From assembly GCA_964016885.1 (NCBI GenBank), contig OZ024741.1:400706001-400770000 (forward strand): a DNA stretch of 64,000 nt, written 5' to 3'. Source of the DNA: Eledone cirrhosa (lineage: Eukaryota). Made by a program: the position numbers and the translations under genes. This document shows, in pieces, positions 1 to 14,258 of the stretch (position 1 is the first letter of the stretch; each line of letters opens with the position of its first letter). The notes beneath the pieces were generated by a model. That model was not told where the DNA came from. It made no database searches and saw nothing but the letters and a program-made list of their open reading frames with translations.

Positions 1-3000
1 TGAAGTTGACAGTTTTAGGGTGCAAGATATGACTAGCTATTGAAGTTGACAGTTTTAGGGTGAAAGATATGACCAGCTATTGAAGTTGACAGTATTAGGG
101 TGCAAGATATAACCAGCTAGTGAAGTTGACAGTTTCAGGGTGCAAGATATGACTAGCTATTGAAGTTGACAGTTTTAGAGTAAAGGATATGACCAGCTAT
201 TGAAGTTCACAGTTTTAGAATAAAGGATATGACCAGCTATTGAAGTTGACAGTTTTAGGGTGCAAGATATGACCATCTATTGAAGTTGACAGTTTTAGTG
301 TAAAGGAGATGACCAGCTATTGAAGTTGACAGGTTTAGGGTGCAAGATATGACCAGCTATTGAAGTTGACGGTTTTAGTGTGAAAGATATGACCAGCTAT
401 TGAAGTTGACAGTTTTAGGGTGGAAGATATGACCAGCTATTGAAGTTGACAGTTTTAGTGTGAAAGATATGACCAGCTATTGAAGTTGACAGTTTTAGGG
501 TGCAAGATATGACGAGCTATTGAAGTTGTCAGTTTTAGGGTGCAAGATATGACCAGCTATTGAAGTTGACAGTTTTAGAGTAAAGGATATGACCAGCTAT
601 TGAAGTTCACAGTTTTAGAATAAAGGATATGACCAGCTATTGAAGTTGACAGAGTTAGGGTGCAAGATATGACTAGCTATTGAAGTTTACAGTTTTAGGG
701 TGAAAGATATGACCAGCTATTGAGGTTGACAGTATTAGGGTGCAAGATATAACCAGCTAGTGAAGTTGACAGTTTCAGGGTGCAAGATATGACTAGCTAT
801 TGAAGTTGACAGTTTTAGGGTGAAAGATATGACCATCTATTGAAGTTGACAGTTTTAGTGTAAAGGATATGACCAGCTATTGAAGTTGACAATTTTAGTG
901 GGAAAGTTATGACGAGCTATTGAAGTTGACAGTTTTAGGGTGCAAGATATGACGAGCTATTGAAGTTAACAGTTTTAGGGTGAAAGATATGACCAGCTAT
1001 TGAAGTTGACAGTTTTAGGGTGCAAGATATGACCAGCTATTGACGTTGATAGTTTCAGTGTGAAAGATATGTCGATCTATTGAAGTTGACAGTTTTAAGG
1101 TGCAAGATATGACCAGCTATTGAAGTTGACAGTTTTAGTGTGAAAGATATGACCAGCTATTGAAGTGTACAGTTTTAGGGTGCAACATATGACGAGCTAT
1201 TGAAGTTGACAGATTTAGGGTGCAAGATATGACCAGCTATTGAAGTTGACAGTTTTAGGGTGCAAGATAACCAGCTATTGAAGTTGACAGTTTTAGTGTG
1301 AAGATATGATCAGCTATTGAAGTTGACAGTTTTAGGGTGCAAGATATGACGAGCTATTGAATTTGACAGTTTTAGGGTGCAAGATATGACAATCTATTGA
1401 AGTTGACAGTTTTAGCGGGCAAGATATGACCAGCTATTGAATTTGACTGTTTCAGGCTTCAAGATATGACCAACTATTGAAGTTGACAGTTTTAGAGTAA
1501 AGGATATGACCAGCTATTGAAGTTCAAAGTTTTAGAATAAAGGATATGACCAGCTATTGAAGTTGACAATTTTAGGGTGCAAGATATAACCAGCTATTGA
1601 AGTTGACAGTTTCAGGGTGCAAGATATGACTAGCTATTGAAGTTGACAGTTTTAGGGTGAAAGATAGGACCATCTATTGAAGTTGACAGTTTTAGAGTAA
1701 AGGATATGACCAGCTATTGAAGTTGACAGTTTTAGTGGGAAAGATATGACGAGCTATTGAAGTTGACAGTTTTAGGGTGCAAGATATGAACAGCTATTGA
1801 AGTGGACAGTTTTAGGGTGCAAGATATGACCAGCTATTGAAGTTGACAGTTTCAGTGTGAAAGATATGTCGAGCTATTGAAGTTGACAGTTTTAGGGTGC
1901 AAGATATGACCAGCTATTGAGGTTGACAGGTTTAGAGTGCAAGATATGGCCAGCTATTGAAGTTGACAGTTTTAGGGTGCAAGATATGACCAGCTATGGA
2001 AGTTGACAGTTTTAGCGTGCAAGATATGACCAGCTATTGAAGTTGACAGTTTCAGGGTGCAAGATATGACCAGCTATTGAAGTTGACAGTTTTAGTGTGA
2101 AATATATGACCAGCTATTGAAGTGGACAGTTTTAGGGTGCAAGATATGACGAGCTATTGAAGTTGTCAGTTTTAGGGTGCAAGATATGACCAGCTATTGA
2201 AGTTGACAGTTTTAGAGTAAAGGATATGACCAGCTATTGAAGTTCACAGTTTTAGAATAAAGGATATGACCAGCTATTGAACTTGAGAGTTTTAGGGTAC
2301 AAGATATGACTAGCTATTGAAGTTGACAGTTTTAGGGTGCAAGATATGACCAGCTATTGAAGTTGACAGTTTTAGAGTAAAGGATATGACCAGCTATTGA
2401 AGTTCACAGTTTTAGAATAGAGGATATGACCAGCTATTGAAGTTGACAATTTTAGGGTGCAAGATATAACCAGCTATTGAAGTTGACAGTTTCAGGGTGC
2501 AAGATATGACTAGCTATTGAAGTTGACAGTTTTAGAGTGAAAGATATGACCATCTATTGAAGTTGACAGTTTTAGAGTAAAGGATATGACCAGCTATTGA
2601 AGTTGACATTTTAGTGGGAAAGATATGACGAGCTATTGAAGTTGACAGTTTATTGTGAAAGATATGACCAGCTATTGAAGTGGACAGTTTTAGGGTGCAA
2701 GATATGACGAGCTATGAAGTTGACAGTTTTAGGGTGCAAGATATGACAATCTATTGAGGTTGACAGTTTTAACGGGCAAGTTATGACCAGCTATTGAATT
2801 TGACAGTTTCAGGCTTCAAGATATGACCAGCTATTGAAGTTGACAGTTTTAGGGTGCAAGATATGACCAGCTATTGAGGTTGACAGGTTTAGGGTGCAAG
2901 ATATGACCAGCTATTGAAGTTGACAGTTTAGGGTGCAAGATATAACCAGCTATTGAAGTTGACAGGTTTAGGGTGCAAGATATGACCAGCTATTGAAGTT

Positions 3001-5904
3001 GACAGATTTAGTGTGAAAGATATGACCAGCTATTGAAGTTGACAGTTTTAGGGTGGAAGATATGACCAGCTATTGAAGTTGACAGTTTTAGTTTGAAAGA
3101 TATGACCAGCTATTGAAGTTGACAGTTTTAGGGTGCAAGATATGACGAGCTATTGAAGTTGTCAGTTTTAGGGTGCAAGATATGACCAGCTATTGAAGTT
3201 GACAGTTTTAGAGTAAAGGATATGACTAGCTATTGAAGTTCACAGTTTTAGAATAAAGGATATGACCAGCTATTGAAGTTGACAGTTTTAGGGTGCAAGA
3301 TATGAATAGCTATTTAAGTTGACAGTTTTAGGGTGAAAGATATGACCAGCTATTGAAGTTGACAATTTTAGGGTGCAAGATATAACCAGCTATTGAAGTT
3401 GACAGTTTCAGGGTGCAAGATATGACTAGCTATTGAAGTTGACAGTTTTAGAGTAAAGGATATGACCAGCTATTGAAGTTGACATTTTAGTGGGAAAGAT
3501 ATGACGAGCTATTGAAATTGACAGTTTTAGGGTTCAAGATATGAACAACTATTGAAGTGGACAGTTTTAGGGTGCAAGATATAACGAGCTATTGAAGTTA
3601 ACAGTTTTAGGGTGAAAGATATGACCAGCTATTGAAGTTGACAGTTTTAGTGTGAAAGATATGACCAGCTATTGAGGTGGATAGATTTAGGGTGCAAGAT
3701 ATGACGAGCTATTGAAGTTGACAGTTTGAAGGTGCAAGATATGACCAGCTATTGAACTTGACAGTTATAGCGTTCAAGATATGACAGCTATTGCAGTTGA
3801 CAGTTTTAGGGCTCAAGATATGACCATCTATTGACGTTGACAGTTTTAGGGTGCAAGATATGACTAGCTATTGAAGTTGACAGTTTTAGTGTGAAAGATA
3901 TGACCAGCTATTGATGTTGACAGTTTTAGGGTGCAATATATGACCAGCTATTGAAGTTGAGAGTTTTAGTTTGCAATATATCACCAGCTATTGAGGTTGA
4001 CAGTTTTAAGGTAAAAGATATGACCAGCTATTGAAGTTGACAATTTTAGGGTGCAAGATATTACCAGCTATTGAAGTTGACAGTTTCAGGGTGCAAGATA
4101 TGACAGGATATTGAAGTTGACAGTTTTAGCGTGAAAGATATGACTAGCTATTGAAGTTGACAGTTTTACGGTGCAAGATATGAGCAGCTATTGAAGTTGA
4201 CAGTTTTAGTGTGAAAGATATGACCAGCAATTGAAGTTGACAGTTTTAGGGTGCAAGATATAACCAGCTATTTAAGTTGACAGTTTTAGTGTGAAAGATA
4301 TGACCAGCTATTGAGGTGGACAGTTTTAGGGTGCAAGATATGACGATCTATTGAAGTTGACAGTTTGAGGGTGCAAGATATGACCAGCTATTGAAGTTGA
4401 CAGGTTTAGTGTAAAAGATATGACCAGCTATTGAAGTTGACAGTTTTCGGGTGCAAGATATGACGAGCTATTGAAGTTGACTGTTTTAGGGTGCAAGATA
4501 TGACCAGCTATTGAAGTGGACAGTTTTAGGATGCAAGATATAACGAGCTATTGAAGTTAACACTTTTAGGGTGCAAGATATGATCAGCTATTGAAGTTGA
4601 CAGTTTTAGCGTGCGAGATATAACAGCTATTGAAGCTGACAATTTTAGTGTGAAAGATATGACCAGCTATTGAAGTTGACAGTTTTAGGGTGCAAGATAT
4701 GACCAGCTATTGAAGTTGACAGTTTCAGGGTGAAAGATATGACCAGCTATTGAAGTTGACAGTTTTAGGGTGCAAGATATGACTAGCTATTGAAGTTGAC
4801 AGATTTAGTGTGGAAATATGACCAGCCATTGAATTTGACAGTTTTAGGGCGCAAGATATGACCAGCTATTGAAGTTGACAGTTTTAGGGTGCAACATATG
4901 AACTGCTATTGAAGTTGACAGTTTTAGGGTGCAAGATATGACCAGCTATTGACGTTGACAGTTTTAGTGTGAAAGATATGACAAGCTATTGAAGTTGAAC
5001 AGTTTTAGTGTGGAGGATATGATCAGCTATTGAAGTTGACAGTTTTAGGGTGCAAGATACGACACGCTATTGAAGTTGACAGTTTTAGTGTGAAAGATGT
5101 GACCAGCTATTGAAGTTGACCATTTTAGAGTAAAGGATATGACCAGCTATTGAAGTTGACAGTTTTAGGGTGCAAGATATGACTAGTTATTGAAGTTGAC
5201 AGTTTTAGGGTGAAAGATATGACCAGCCATTGAAGTTGACAGTTTTAGCGCTCAAGATATGACCATCTATTGACGTTGACAGTTTTAGGGTGCAAGATAT
5301 GACTAGCTATTGAAGTTGACAGTTTTAGGGTGCAATATATGACCAGCTATTGAAGTTGACAGTTTTAGTTTGCAATATATGACCAGCTATTGAAGTTGAC
5401 ATTTTTAAGGTAAATGATATGACCAGCTATTGAAGTTGACAATTTTAGGGTGCAAGATATAGCCAGCTATTGAAGTTGACAGTTTTAGTGTGAAAGATAA
5501 GACCAGCTATTGAAATTGACAGTTTTAGAATAAAGGGTATGACCGGCTATTGAAGTTGACAGTTTTAGGGTGCAAGATATGACTAGCTATTGAAGTTGAC
5601 AGTTTTAGTGTGAAAGATATGACCAGTTATTGAAGTTGACAGTTTTAGGGTGCAAGACATAACCAGCTATTGAAGTTGACCGTTTTAGAGTGCAAGATAT
5701 GACCAGCTATTGAAGTTGACAGTTTTAGGGTGCAAGATATGACCAGCTATTGAAGTTGACTGTTTTAGTGTGAAAGATATGACCAGCTACTGAACTTGAC
5801 AGTTTTAAGGTGCAAGATATGACCAGGTATTGAAGTTGACCGTTTTAGAGTGCAAGATATGACCAGCTATTGAAGTTGACCGTTTTAGGGTGCAAGATGT
5901 GACC

Positions 5905-8900
5905 AGCTATTGAAGTTGACAGTTTTAGGGTGCAAAATATGACTAGCTATTGAAGTTGACAGTTTTAGGGTGAAAAATATGACAAGCTGTTACAGTTGAC
6001 AGTTTTAGGATGAAAGATATGACCAGCTATTGAAGTTGACAGTTTTAGGGTGCAAGATACGACCAGCTATTGAAGTTGACAGTATTCGGGTGCAAAATAT
6101 GACAAGCTATTGATGTTGACAGTTTTAGTGTGAAAAATATGACCAGCTATTGACGTTGACAGTTTTAGGGTGCAAGATATGACCAGCTATTGAAGTTGAC
6201 AGTTTTAGTGTGAAAGATATGACCAGCTATTGAATTTTATAGTTTTAGGGTGCAAGATGTGACCAGCAATTGAAGTTGAAAATTTTACGGTGCAAGATAT
6301 GACCAGCTATATAAGTTGACAGTTTTAGGGTGCAAGATATGACCAGCTATTGAAGTTGAAAGTTTTAGGGTGCAAGATATGACCAGCTATTGAAGTTGAC
6401 CGTTTTAGGGTGCAAGATGTGACCAGCTATTGAAGTTGACAGTTTTAGGGTGAAAGATATGACCAGCTATTGAAGTTGACTATTTTAGTGTGAAAGATAT
6501 GACCAGCTATTGAACTTGACAGTTTTAAGGTGCAAGATATGACCAGGTATTGAAGTTGACAGTTTTAGGGTGAAAGATATGACCAGCCATTGAAGTTGAC
6601 TGTTTTAGTGTGAAAGATATGACAAGCTATTGAACTTCACAGTTTTAAGGTGCAAGCTATGAAAAGGTATTGAAGTTGACCGTTTTAGGGTGCAAGATGT
6701 GACCATCTATTGAAGTTGACAGTTTTAGGGTGCAAGATATGACCAGCTATTGAAGTTGACAGTTTTAGGGTGCAAGATATGACTAGCTATTGAAGTTGAC
6801 ACTTTTAGGGAGAAAGATATGACCAGCTATTACAGTTGACAGTTTTAGGGTGCAAGATATGACCAGCTATTGAAGTTGACAGTTTTAGGGTGCAAAATAT
6901 GACAAGCTGTTACAGTTGACAGTTTTAGGGTGATAGATATGACCAGCTATTGAATTTGACAGTTTTAGGGTGCAAGATATGACCAGCTATTGAAGTTGAC
7001 TGTTTTAGTGTGAAAGATATGACCAGCTATTGAACTTGACAGTTTTAGGGTGCAAAATATGACCAGCTATTGAAGTTGACCGTTTTAGGGTGCAAGATGT
7101 GACCAGCTATTGAAGTTGACAGTTTTAGGGTGAAAGATATGACCAGCTATTGAAGTTGACTATTTTAGTGTGAAAGATATGACCAGCTATTGAACTTGAC
7201 AGTTTTAAGGTGCAAGATATGACCAGGTATTGAAGTTGACAGTTTTAGGGTGAAAGATATGACCAGCCATTGAAGTTGACTGTTTTAGTGTGAAAGATAT
7301 GACAAGCTATTGAACTTCACAGTTTTAAGGTGCAAGCTATGAAAAGGTATTGAAGTTGACCGTTTTAGGGTGCAAGATGTGACCATCTATTGAAGTTGAC
7401 AGTTTTAGGGTGCAAGATATGACCAGCTATTGAAGTTGGCAGTTTTAGGGTGCAAGATATGACTAGCTATTGAAGTTGACACTTTTAGGGAGAAAGATAT
7501 GACCAGCTATTACAGTTGACAGTTTTAGGGTGCAAGATATGACCAGCTATTGAAGTTGACAGTTTTAGGGTGCAAAATATGACAAGCTGTTACAGTTGAC
7601 AGTTTTAGGGTGATAGATATGACCAGCTATTGAATTTGACAGTTTTAGGGTGCAAGATATGACCAGCTATTGAAGTTGACTGTTTTAGTGTGAAAGATAT
7701 GACCAGCTATTGAGGTGGACAGTTTTAGGGTGCAAGATATGACGAGCTATTGAAGTTGACAGTTTGAGGGTGCAAGATATGACCAGCTATTGAAATTGAC
7801 AGGTTTAGTGTAAAAGATATGACCAGCTATTGAAGGTGGCAGTTTTCGGGTGCAAGATATGACGAGCTATTGAAGTTGACTGTTTTAGGGTGCAAGATAT
7901 GACCAGCTATAGAAGTGGACAGTTTTAGGATGCAAGATATGACGAGCTATTGAAGTTAACACTTTTAGGGTGAGAAATATGATCAGCTATTGAAGTTGAC
8001 AGTTTTAGCGTGCGAGATATAACAGCTATTGAAGCTGACAATTTTAGTGTGAAAGATATGACCAGCTATTGAAGTTGACAGTTTTAGGGTGCAAGATATG
8101 ACCAGCTATTGAAGTTGACAGTTTCAGGGTGAAAGATATGACCAGCTATTGAAGTTGACAGTTTTAGGGTGCAAGATATGACTAGCTATTGAAGTTGACA
8201 GATTTAGTGTGGAAGATATGACCAGCCATTGAATTTGACAGTTTTAGGGCGCAAGATATGACCAGCTATTGAAGTTGACAGTTTTAGGGTGCAACATATG
8301 AACTGCTATTGAAGTTGACAGTTTTAGGGTGCAAGATATGACCAGCTATTGACGTTGACAGTTTTAGTGTGAAAGATATGACAAGCTATTGAAGTTGACA
8401 GTTTTAGTGTGGAGGATATGATCAGCTATTGAAGTTGACAGTTTTAGGGTGCAAGATACGACACGCTATTGAAGTTGACAGTTTTAGTGTGAAAGATGTG
8501 ACCAGCTATTGAAGTTGACAATTTTAGAGTAAAGGATATGACCAGCTATTGAAGTTGACAGTTTTAGGGTGCAAGATATGACTAGTTATTGAAGTTGATA
8601 GTTTTAGCGCTCAAGATATGACCATCTATTGACGTTGACAGTTTTAGGGTGCAATATATGACCAGCTATTGAAGTTGACAGTTTTAGTTTGCAATATATG
8701 ACCAGCTATTGAAGTTGACATTTTTAAGGTAAATGATATGACCAGCTATTGAAGTTGACAATTTTAGGGTGCAAGATATAGCCAGCTATTGAAGTTGACA
8801 GTTTTAGTGTGAAAGATATGACCAGCTATTGAAATTGACAGTTTTAGGGTGCAAGATATGACCAGCTATTGAAGTTGACAGTTTTAGGGTGCAAGATATG

Positions 8901-11900
8901 ACCAGCTATTGATGTTGACTGTTTTAGTGTGAAAGATATGACCAGCTACTGAACTTGACAGTTTTAAGGTGCAAGATATGACCAGGTATTGAAGTTGACC
9001 GTTTTAGAGTGCAAGATATGACCAGCTATTGAAGTTGACCGTTTTAGGGTGCAAGATGTGACTAGCTATTGAAGTTGACAGTTTTAGGGTGCAAAATATG
9101 ACAAGCTGTTACAGTTGACAGTTTTAGGGTGCAAGATACGACTAGCTATTGAAGTTGACAGTTTTCGGGTGCAAAATATGACAAGCTATTGAATTTGACA
9201 GTTTTAGTGTGAAAAATATGACCAGCTATTGACGTTGACAGTTTTAGTGTGCAAGATATGACCAGCTATTGAAGTTGACAGTTTTAGTGTGAAAGATATG
9301 ACCAGCTATTGAGTTTTATAGTTTTAGGGTGCAAGATATGACGAGCTATTGAAGTTGAAAATTTTACGGTGCAAGATATGACCAGCTATATAAGTTGACA
9401 GTTTTAGGGTGCAAGATATGACCAGCTATTGAAGTTGACAGTTTTAGGGTGCAAAATATGACCAGCTATTGAAGTTGACCGTTTTAGGGTGCAAGATGTG
9501 ACCAGCTATTGAAGTTGACAGTTTTAGGGTGCAAGATATGACCAGCTATTGAAGTTGACTATTTTAGTGTGAAAGATATGACCAGCTATTGAACTTGACA
9601 GTTTTAAGGTGCAAGATATGACCAGGTATTGAAGTTGACAGTTTTAGGGTGAAAGATATGACCAGCCATTGAAGTTGACTGTTTTAGTGTAAAAGATATG
9701 ACAAGCTATTGAACTTGACAGTTTTAAGGTGCAAGCTATGAAAAGGTATTGAAGTTGACCGTTTTAGGGTGCAAGATGTTTACCATCTATTTAAGTTGAC
9801 AGTTTTAGGGTGCAAGATATGACCAGCTATTGAAGTTGACAGTTTTAGGGTGCAAGATATGACTAGCTATTGAAGTTGACACTTTTAGGGAGAAAGATAT
9901 GATCAGCTATTACAGTTGACAGTTTTAGGGTGCAAGATATGACCAGCTATTGAAGTTGACAGTTTTAGGGTGCAAAATATGACAAGCTGTTACAGTTGAC
10001 AGTTTTAGGGTGAAAGATATGACCAGCTATTGAAGTTGACAGTTTTAGGGTGCAAGATATGACCAGCTATTGAAGTTGACTGTTTTAGTGTGAAAGATAT
10101 GACCAGCTATTGAACTTGACAGTTTTAAGGTGCAAGTTATGACCAGGTATTGAAGTTGACCGTTTTAGAGTGCAAGATATGACAACTAATTGAAGTTGAC
10201 GGTTTTAGGGTGCAAGATGTGACCAGCTATTGAAATTGACAGTTTTAGGCTGCAAGATATGACTAGCTATTGAAGTTGACACTTTTAGGGTGAGAGATAT
10301 GACCAGCTATTACAGTTGACAGTTTTAGGATGAAAGATATGACCAGCTATTGAAGTTGACAGTTTTAGTGTGAAAGAGATGACCAGCTATTGAATTTGAT
10401 AGTTTTAGGGTGCAAGATATGACCAGCTATTGAAGTTGAAAGTTTTAGGGTGCAAGAAATGACCAGCTATATAAGTTGACAGTTTTAGGGTGCAAGATAT
10501 AACCAGCTATTGACGTTGACACTTTTAGGGTGCAAAATATGACCAGCTATTGAAGTTGACCGTTTTAGGGTGCAAGATATGACCAGCTATTGAAGTTGAC
10601 TATTTTAGTGTGAAAGATATGACCAACTATTGAACTTGACAGTTTTAAGGTGCAAGCTATGACCAGGTATTGAAGTTGACCGTTTTAGGGTGCAAGATGT
10701 GACCAGCTATTTAAGTTGACAGTTTTAGGGTGCAAGATATGACCAGCTATTGAAGTTGACAGTTTTAGGGTGCAAGATATGACTAGCTATTGAAGTTGAC
10801 ACTTTTAGGGAGAAAGATATGACCAGCTATTGAGGTTGACAGTTTTAGGGTGCAAGATATGACCAGCTATTGAAGTTGACAGTTTTAGGGTGAAAAATAT
10901 GACAAGCTGTTACAGTTGACAGTTTTAGGGTGAAAGATATGACCAGCTATTGAACTTGACAGTTTTAAGGTGCAAGATATGACCAGGTATGGAAGTTGAC
11001 CGTTTTAGAGTATAAGATATGACCAGCTATTGAAGTTGTCCGTTTTAGGGTGCAAGATGTGACCAGCTATTGAAGTTGACAGTTTTAGGGTGAAAGATAT
11101 GACTAGCTATTGAAGTTCAGACTTTTAGGGTGAAAGATATGACCAGCTATTACAGTTGACAGTTTTAGGGTGAAAGATATGACCAGCTATTGAAGTTGAC
11201 AGTTTTAGGGTGCAAGATATGACCAGCTATTGAAGTTGACAGTTTTAGGGGGCAAAATATGACAATCTGTTACAGTTGACAGTTTTAGGGTGAAGGATAT
11301 GACCAGCTATTGAAGTTGACAGTTTTAGTGTGAAAGATATGACCAGCTATTGAAGTTGACCGTTTAGGGTGCAAGATGTGACCAGCTATTGAAGTTGACA
11401 GTTTTAGGGTGCAAGATATGACCAGCTATTGAAGTTGACTATTTTAGTGTGAAAGATATCACCAGCTATTGAAGTTGACTATTTTAGTGTGAAAGATATC
11501 ACCAGCTATTGAAAGTGACAGTTTTAAGGTGCAAGATATGACCAGGTATTGAAGTTGACAGTTTTAGGGTGAAAGATATGACCAGCCATTGAAGTTGACT
11601 GTTTTAGTGTGAAAGATATGACAAGCTATTAAACTTGACAGTTTTAAGGTGCAAGCTATGACAAGGTATTGAAGTTGACCGTTTTAGGGTGCAAGATGTG
11701 ACCATCTATTTAAGTTGACAGTTTTAGGGTGCAAGATATGACCAGCTATTGAAGGTGACAGTTTTAGGGTGCAAGATATGACTAGCTATTGAAGTTGACA
11801 CTTTCAGGGAGAAACATATGACCAGCTATTACAGTTGACAGTTTTAGGGTGCAAGATATGACCAGATATTGAAGTTGACAGTTTTAGGGTGCAAAATATG

Positions 11901-12360
11901 ACAAGCTGTTACAGTTGACAGTTTTAGGGTGAAAGATATGACCAGCTATTGAAGTTGACAGTTTTAGGGTGCAAGATATGACCAGCTATTGAAGTTGACA
12001 GTTTTAGTGTGAAAGATATGACCAGCTATTGAAGTTGACCGTTTAGGGTGCAAGATGTGACCAGCTATTGAATTTGATAGTTTTACGGTGCAAGATATGA
12101 CGAGCTATTGAAGTTGAAAGTTTTAGGGTGCAAGATATGACCAGCTATATAAGTTGACAATTTTAGGGTGCAAGATATGACCAGCTATTGAAGTTGAACG
12201 TTTTAGGGTGCAAGATATGACCAGCTATATAAGTTGACAGTTTTAGGGTGCAAGATATGACCAGCTATTGAAGTTGACAGTTTTAGGGTGCAAAATATGA
12301 CCAGCTATTGAAGTTGACCGTTTAGGGTGCAAGATGTGACCAGCTATTGAAGTTGACAGT
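5905..12360 (+). repeat. ~6.5-kb segmental duplication within the satellite, copy 1
   Basis: Rare variants recur at a fixed offset: AGTATTCGGG 6081/14397 (+8316), TGAAGGTGGC 7831/16147 (+8316), GATGTTTACC 9775/18131 (+8356), TGAAGTTCAG 11111/19467 (+8356). Confidence 0.9.
6390..7710 (+). repeat. Local tandem duplication of 680 bp (17 monomers)
   Basis: TGAACTTCAC...GAAAAGGTAT at 6631 and 7311; TGATAGATAT at 6931 and 7611. Both offsets are 680. Confidence 0.88.
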
Positions 12361-14258
12361 TTTAAGGTGCAAGATATGACCAGGTATTGAAGTTGACAGT
12401 TTTAGGGTGAAAGATATGACCAGCCATTGAAGTTGACTGTTTTAGTGTGAAAGATATGACAAGCTATTGAACTTCACAGTTTTAAGGTGCAAGCTATGAA
12501 AAGGTATTGAAGTTGACCGTTTTAGGGTGCAAGATGTGACCATCTATTGAAGTTGACAGTTTTAGGGTGCAAGATATGACCAGCTATTGAAGTTGGCAGT
12601 TTTAGGGTGCAAGATATGACTAGCTATTGAAGTTGACACTTTTAGGGAGAAAGATATGACCAGCTATTACAGTTGACAGTTTTAGGGTGCAAGATATGAC
12701 CAGCTATTGAAGTTGACAGTTTTAGGGTGCAAAATATGACAAGCTGTTACAGTTGACAGTTTTAGGGTGATAGATATGACCAGCTATTGAATTTGACAGT
12801 TTTAGGGTGCAAGATATGACCAGCTATTGAAGTTGACTGTTTTAGTGTGAAAGATATGACCAGCTATTGAGGTGGACAGTTTTAGGGTGCAAGATATGAC
12901 GAGCTATTGAAGTTGACAGTTTGAGGGTGCAAGATATGACCAGCTATTGAAATTGACAGGTTTAGTGTAAAAGATATGACCAGCTATTGAAGGTGGCAGT
13001 TTTCGGGTGCAAGATATGACGAGCTATTGAAGTTGACTGTTTTAGGGTGCAAGATATGACCAGCTATAGAAGTGGACAGTTTTAGGATGCAAGATATGAC
13101 GAGCTATTGAAGTTAACACTTTTAGGGTGAGAAATATGATCAGCTATTGAAGTTGACAGTTTTAGCGTGCGAGATATAACAGCTATTGAAGCTGACAATT
13201 TTAGTGTGAAAGATATGACCAGCTATTGAAGTTGACAGTTTTAGGGTGCAAGATATGACCAGCTATTGAAGTTGACAGTTTCAGGGTGAAAGATATGACC
13301 AGCTATTGAAGTTGACAGTTTTAGGGTGCAAGATATGACTAGCTATTGAAGTTGACAGATTTAGTGTGGAAGATATGACCAGCCATTGAATTTGACAGTT
13401 TTAGGGCGCAAGATATGACCAGCTATTGAAGTTGACAGTTTTAGGGTGCAACATATGAACTGCTATTGAAGTTGACAGTTTTAGGGTGCAAGATATGACC
13501 AGCTATTGACGTTGACAGTTTTAGTGTGAAAGATATGACAAGCTATTGAAGTTGACAGTTTTAGTGTGGAGGATATGATCAGCTATTGAAGTTGACAGTT
13601 TTAGGGTGCAAGATACGACACGCTATTGAAGTTGACAGTTTTAGTGTGAAAGATGTGACCAGCTATTGAAGTTGACAATTTTAGAGTAAAGGATATGACC
13701 AGCTATTGAAGTTGACAGTTTTAGGGTGCAAGATATGACTAGTTATTGAAGTTGATAGTTTTAGCGCTCAAGATATGACCATCTATTGACGTTGACAGTT
13801 TTAGGGTGCAATATATGACCAGCTATTGAAGTTGACAGTTTTAGTTTGCAATATATGACCAGCTATTGAAGTTGACATTTTTAAGGTAAATGATATGACC
13901 AGCTATTGAAGTTGACAATTTTAGGGTGCAAGATATAGCCAGCTATTGAAGTTGACAGTTTTAGTGTGAAAGATATGACCAGCTATTGAAATTGACAGTT
14001 TTAGGGTGCAAGATATGACCAGCTATTGAAGTTGACAGTTTTAGGGTGCAAGATATGACCAGCTATTGATGTTGACTGTTTTAGTGTGAAAGATATGACC
14101 AGCTACTGAACTTGACAGTTTTAAGGTGCAAGATATGACCAGGTATTGAAGTTGACCGTTTTAGAGTGCAAGATATGACCAGCTATTGAAGTTGACCGTT
14201 TTAGGGTGCAAGATGTGACTAGCTATTGAAGTTGACAGTTTTAGGGTGCAAAATATGA
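12361..14258 (+). repeat. ~1.9-kb block copied from ~7204-9101 (offset 5157)
   Basis: TGAAGGTGGC 7831/12988 and TGCGAGATATAACAG 8011/13168, both +5157. The same block is also at ~15520-17417, and a more diverged partial copy is at ~4300-5900 (TGCGAGAT at 4612). Confidence 0.88.

Noticed and set aside
8395-8422. Sigma70-like promoter: TTGACA-N16-TATGAT here, and TTGACA-N16-TATGAC in the consensus
   Set aside because: It is a by-product of the monomer sequence. There is no downstream gene, the consensus -10 lacks the conserved final T, and the context looks like eukaryotic satellite.
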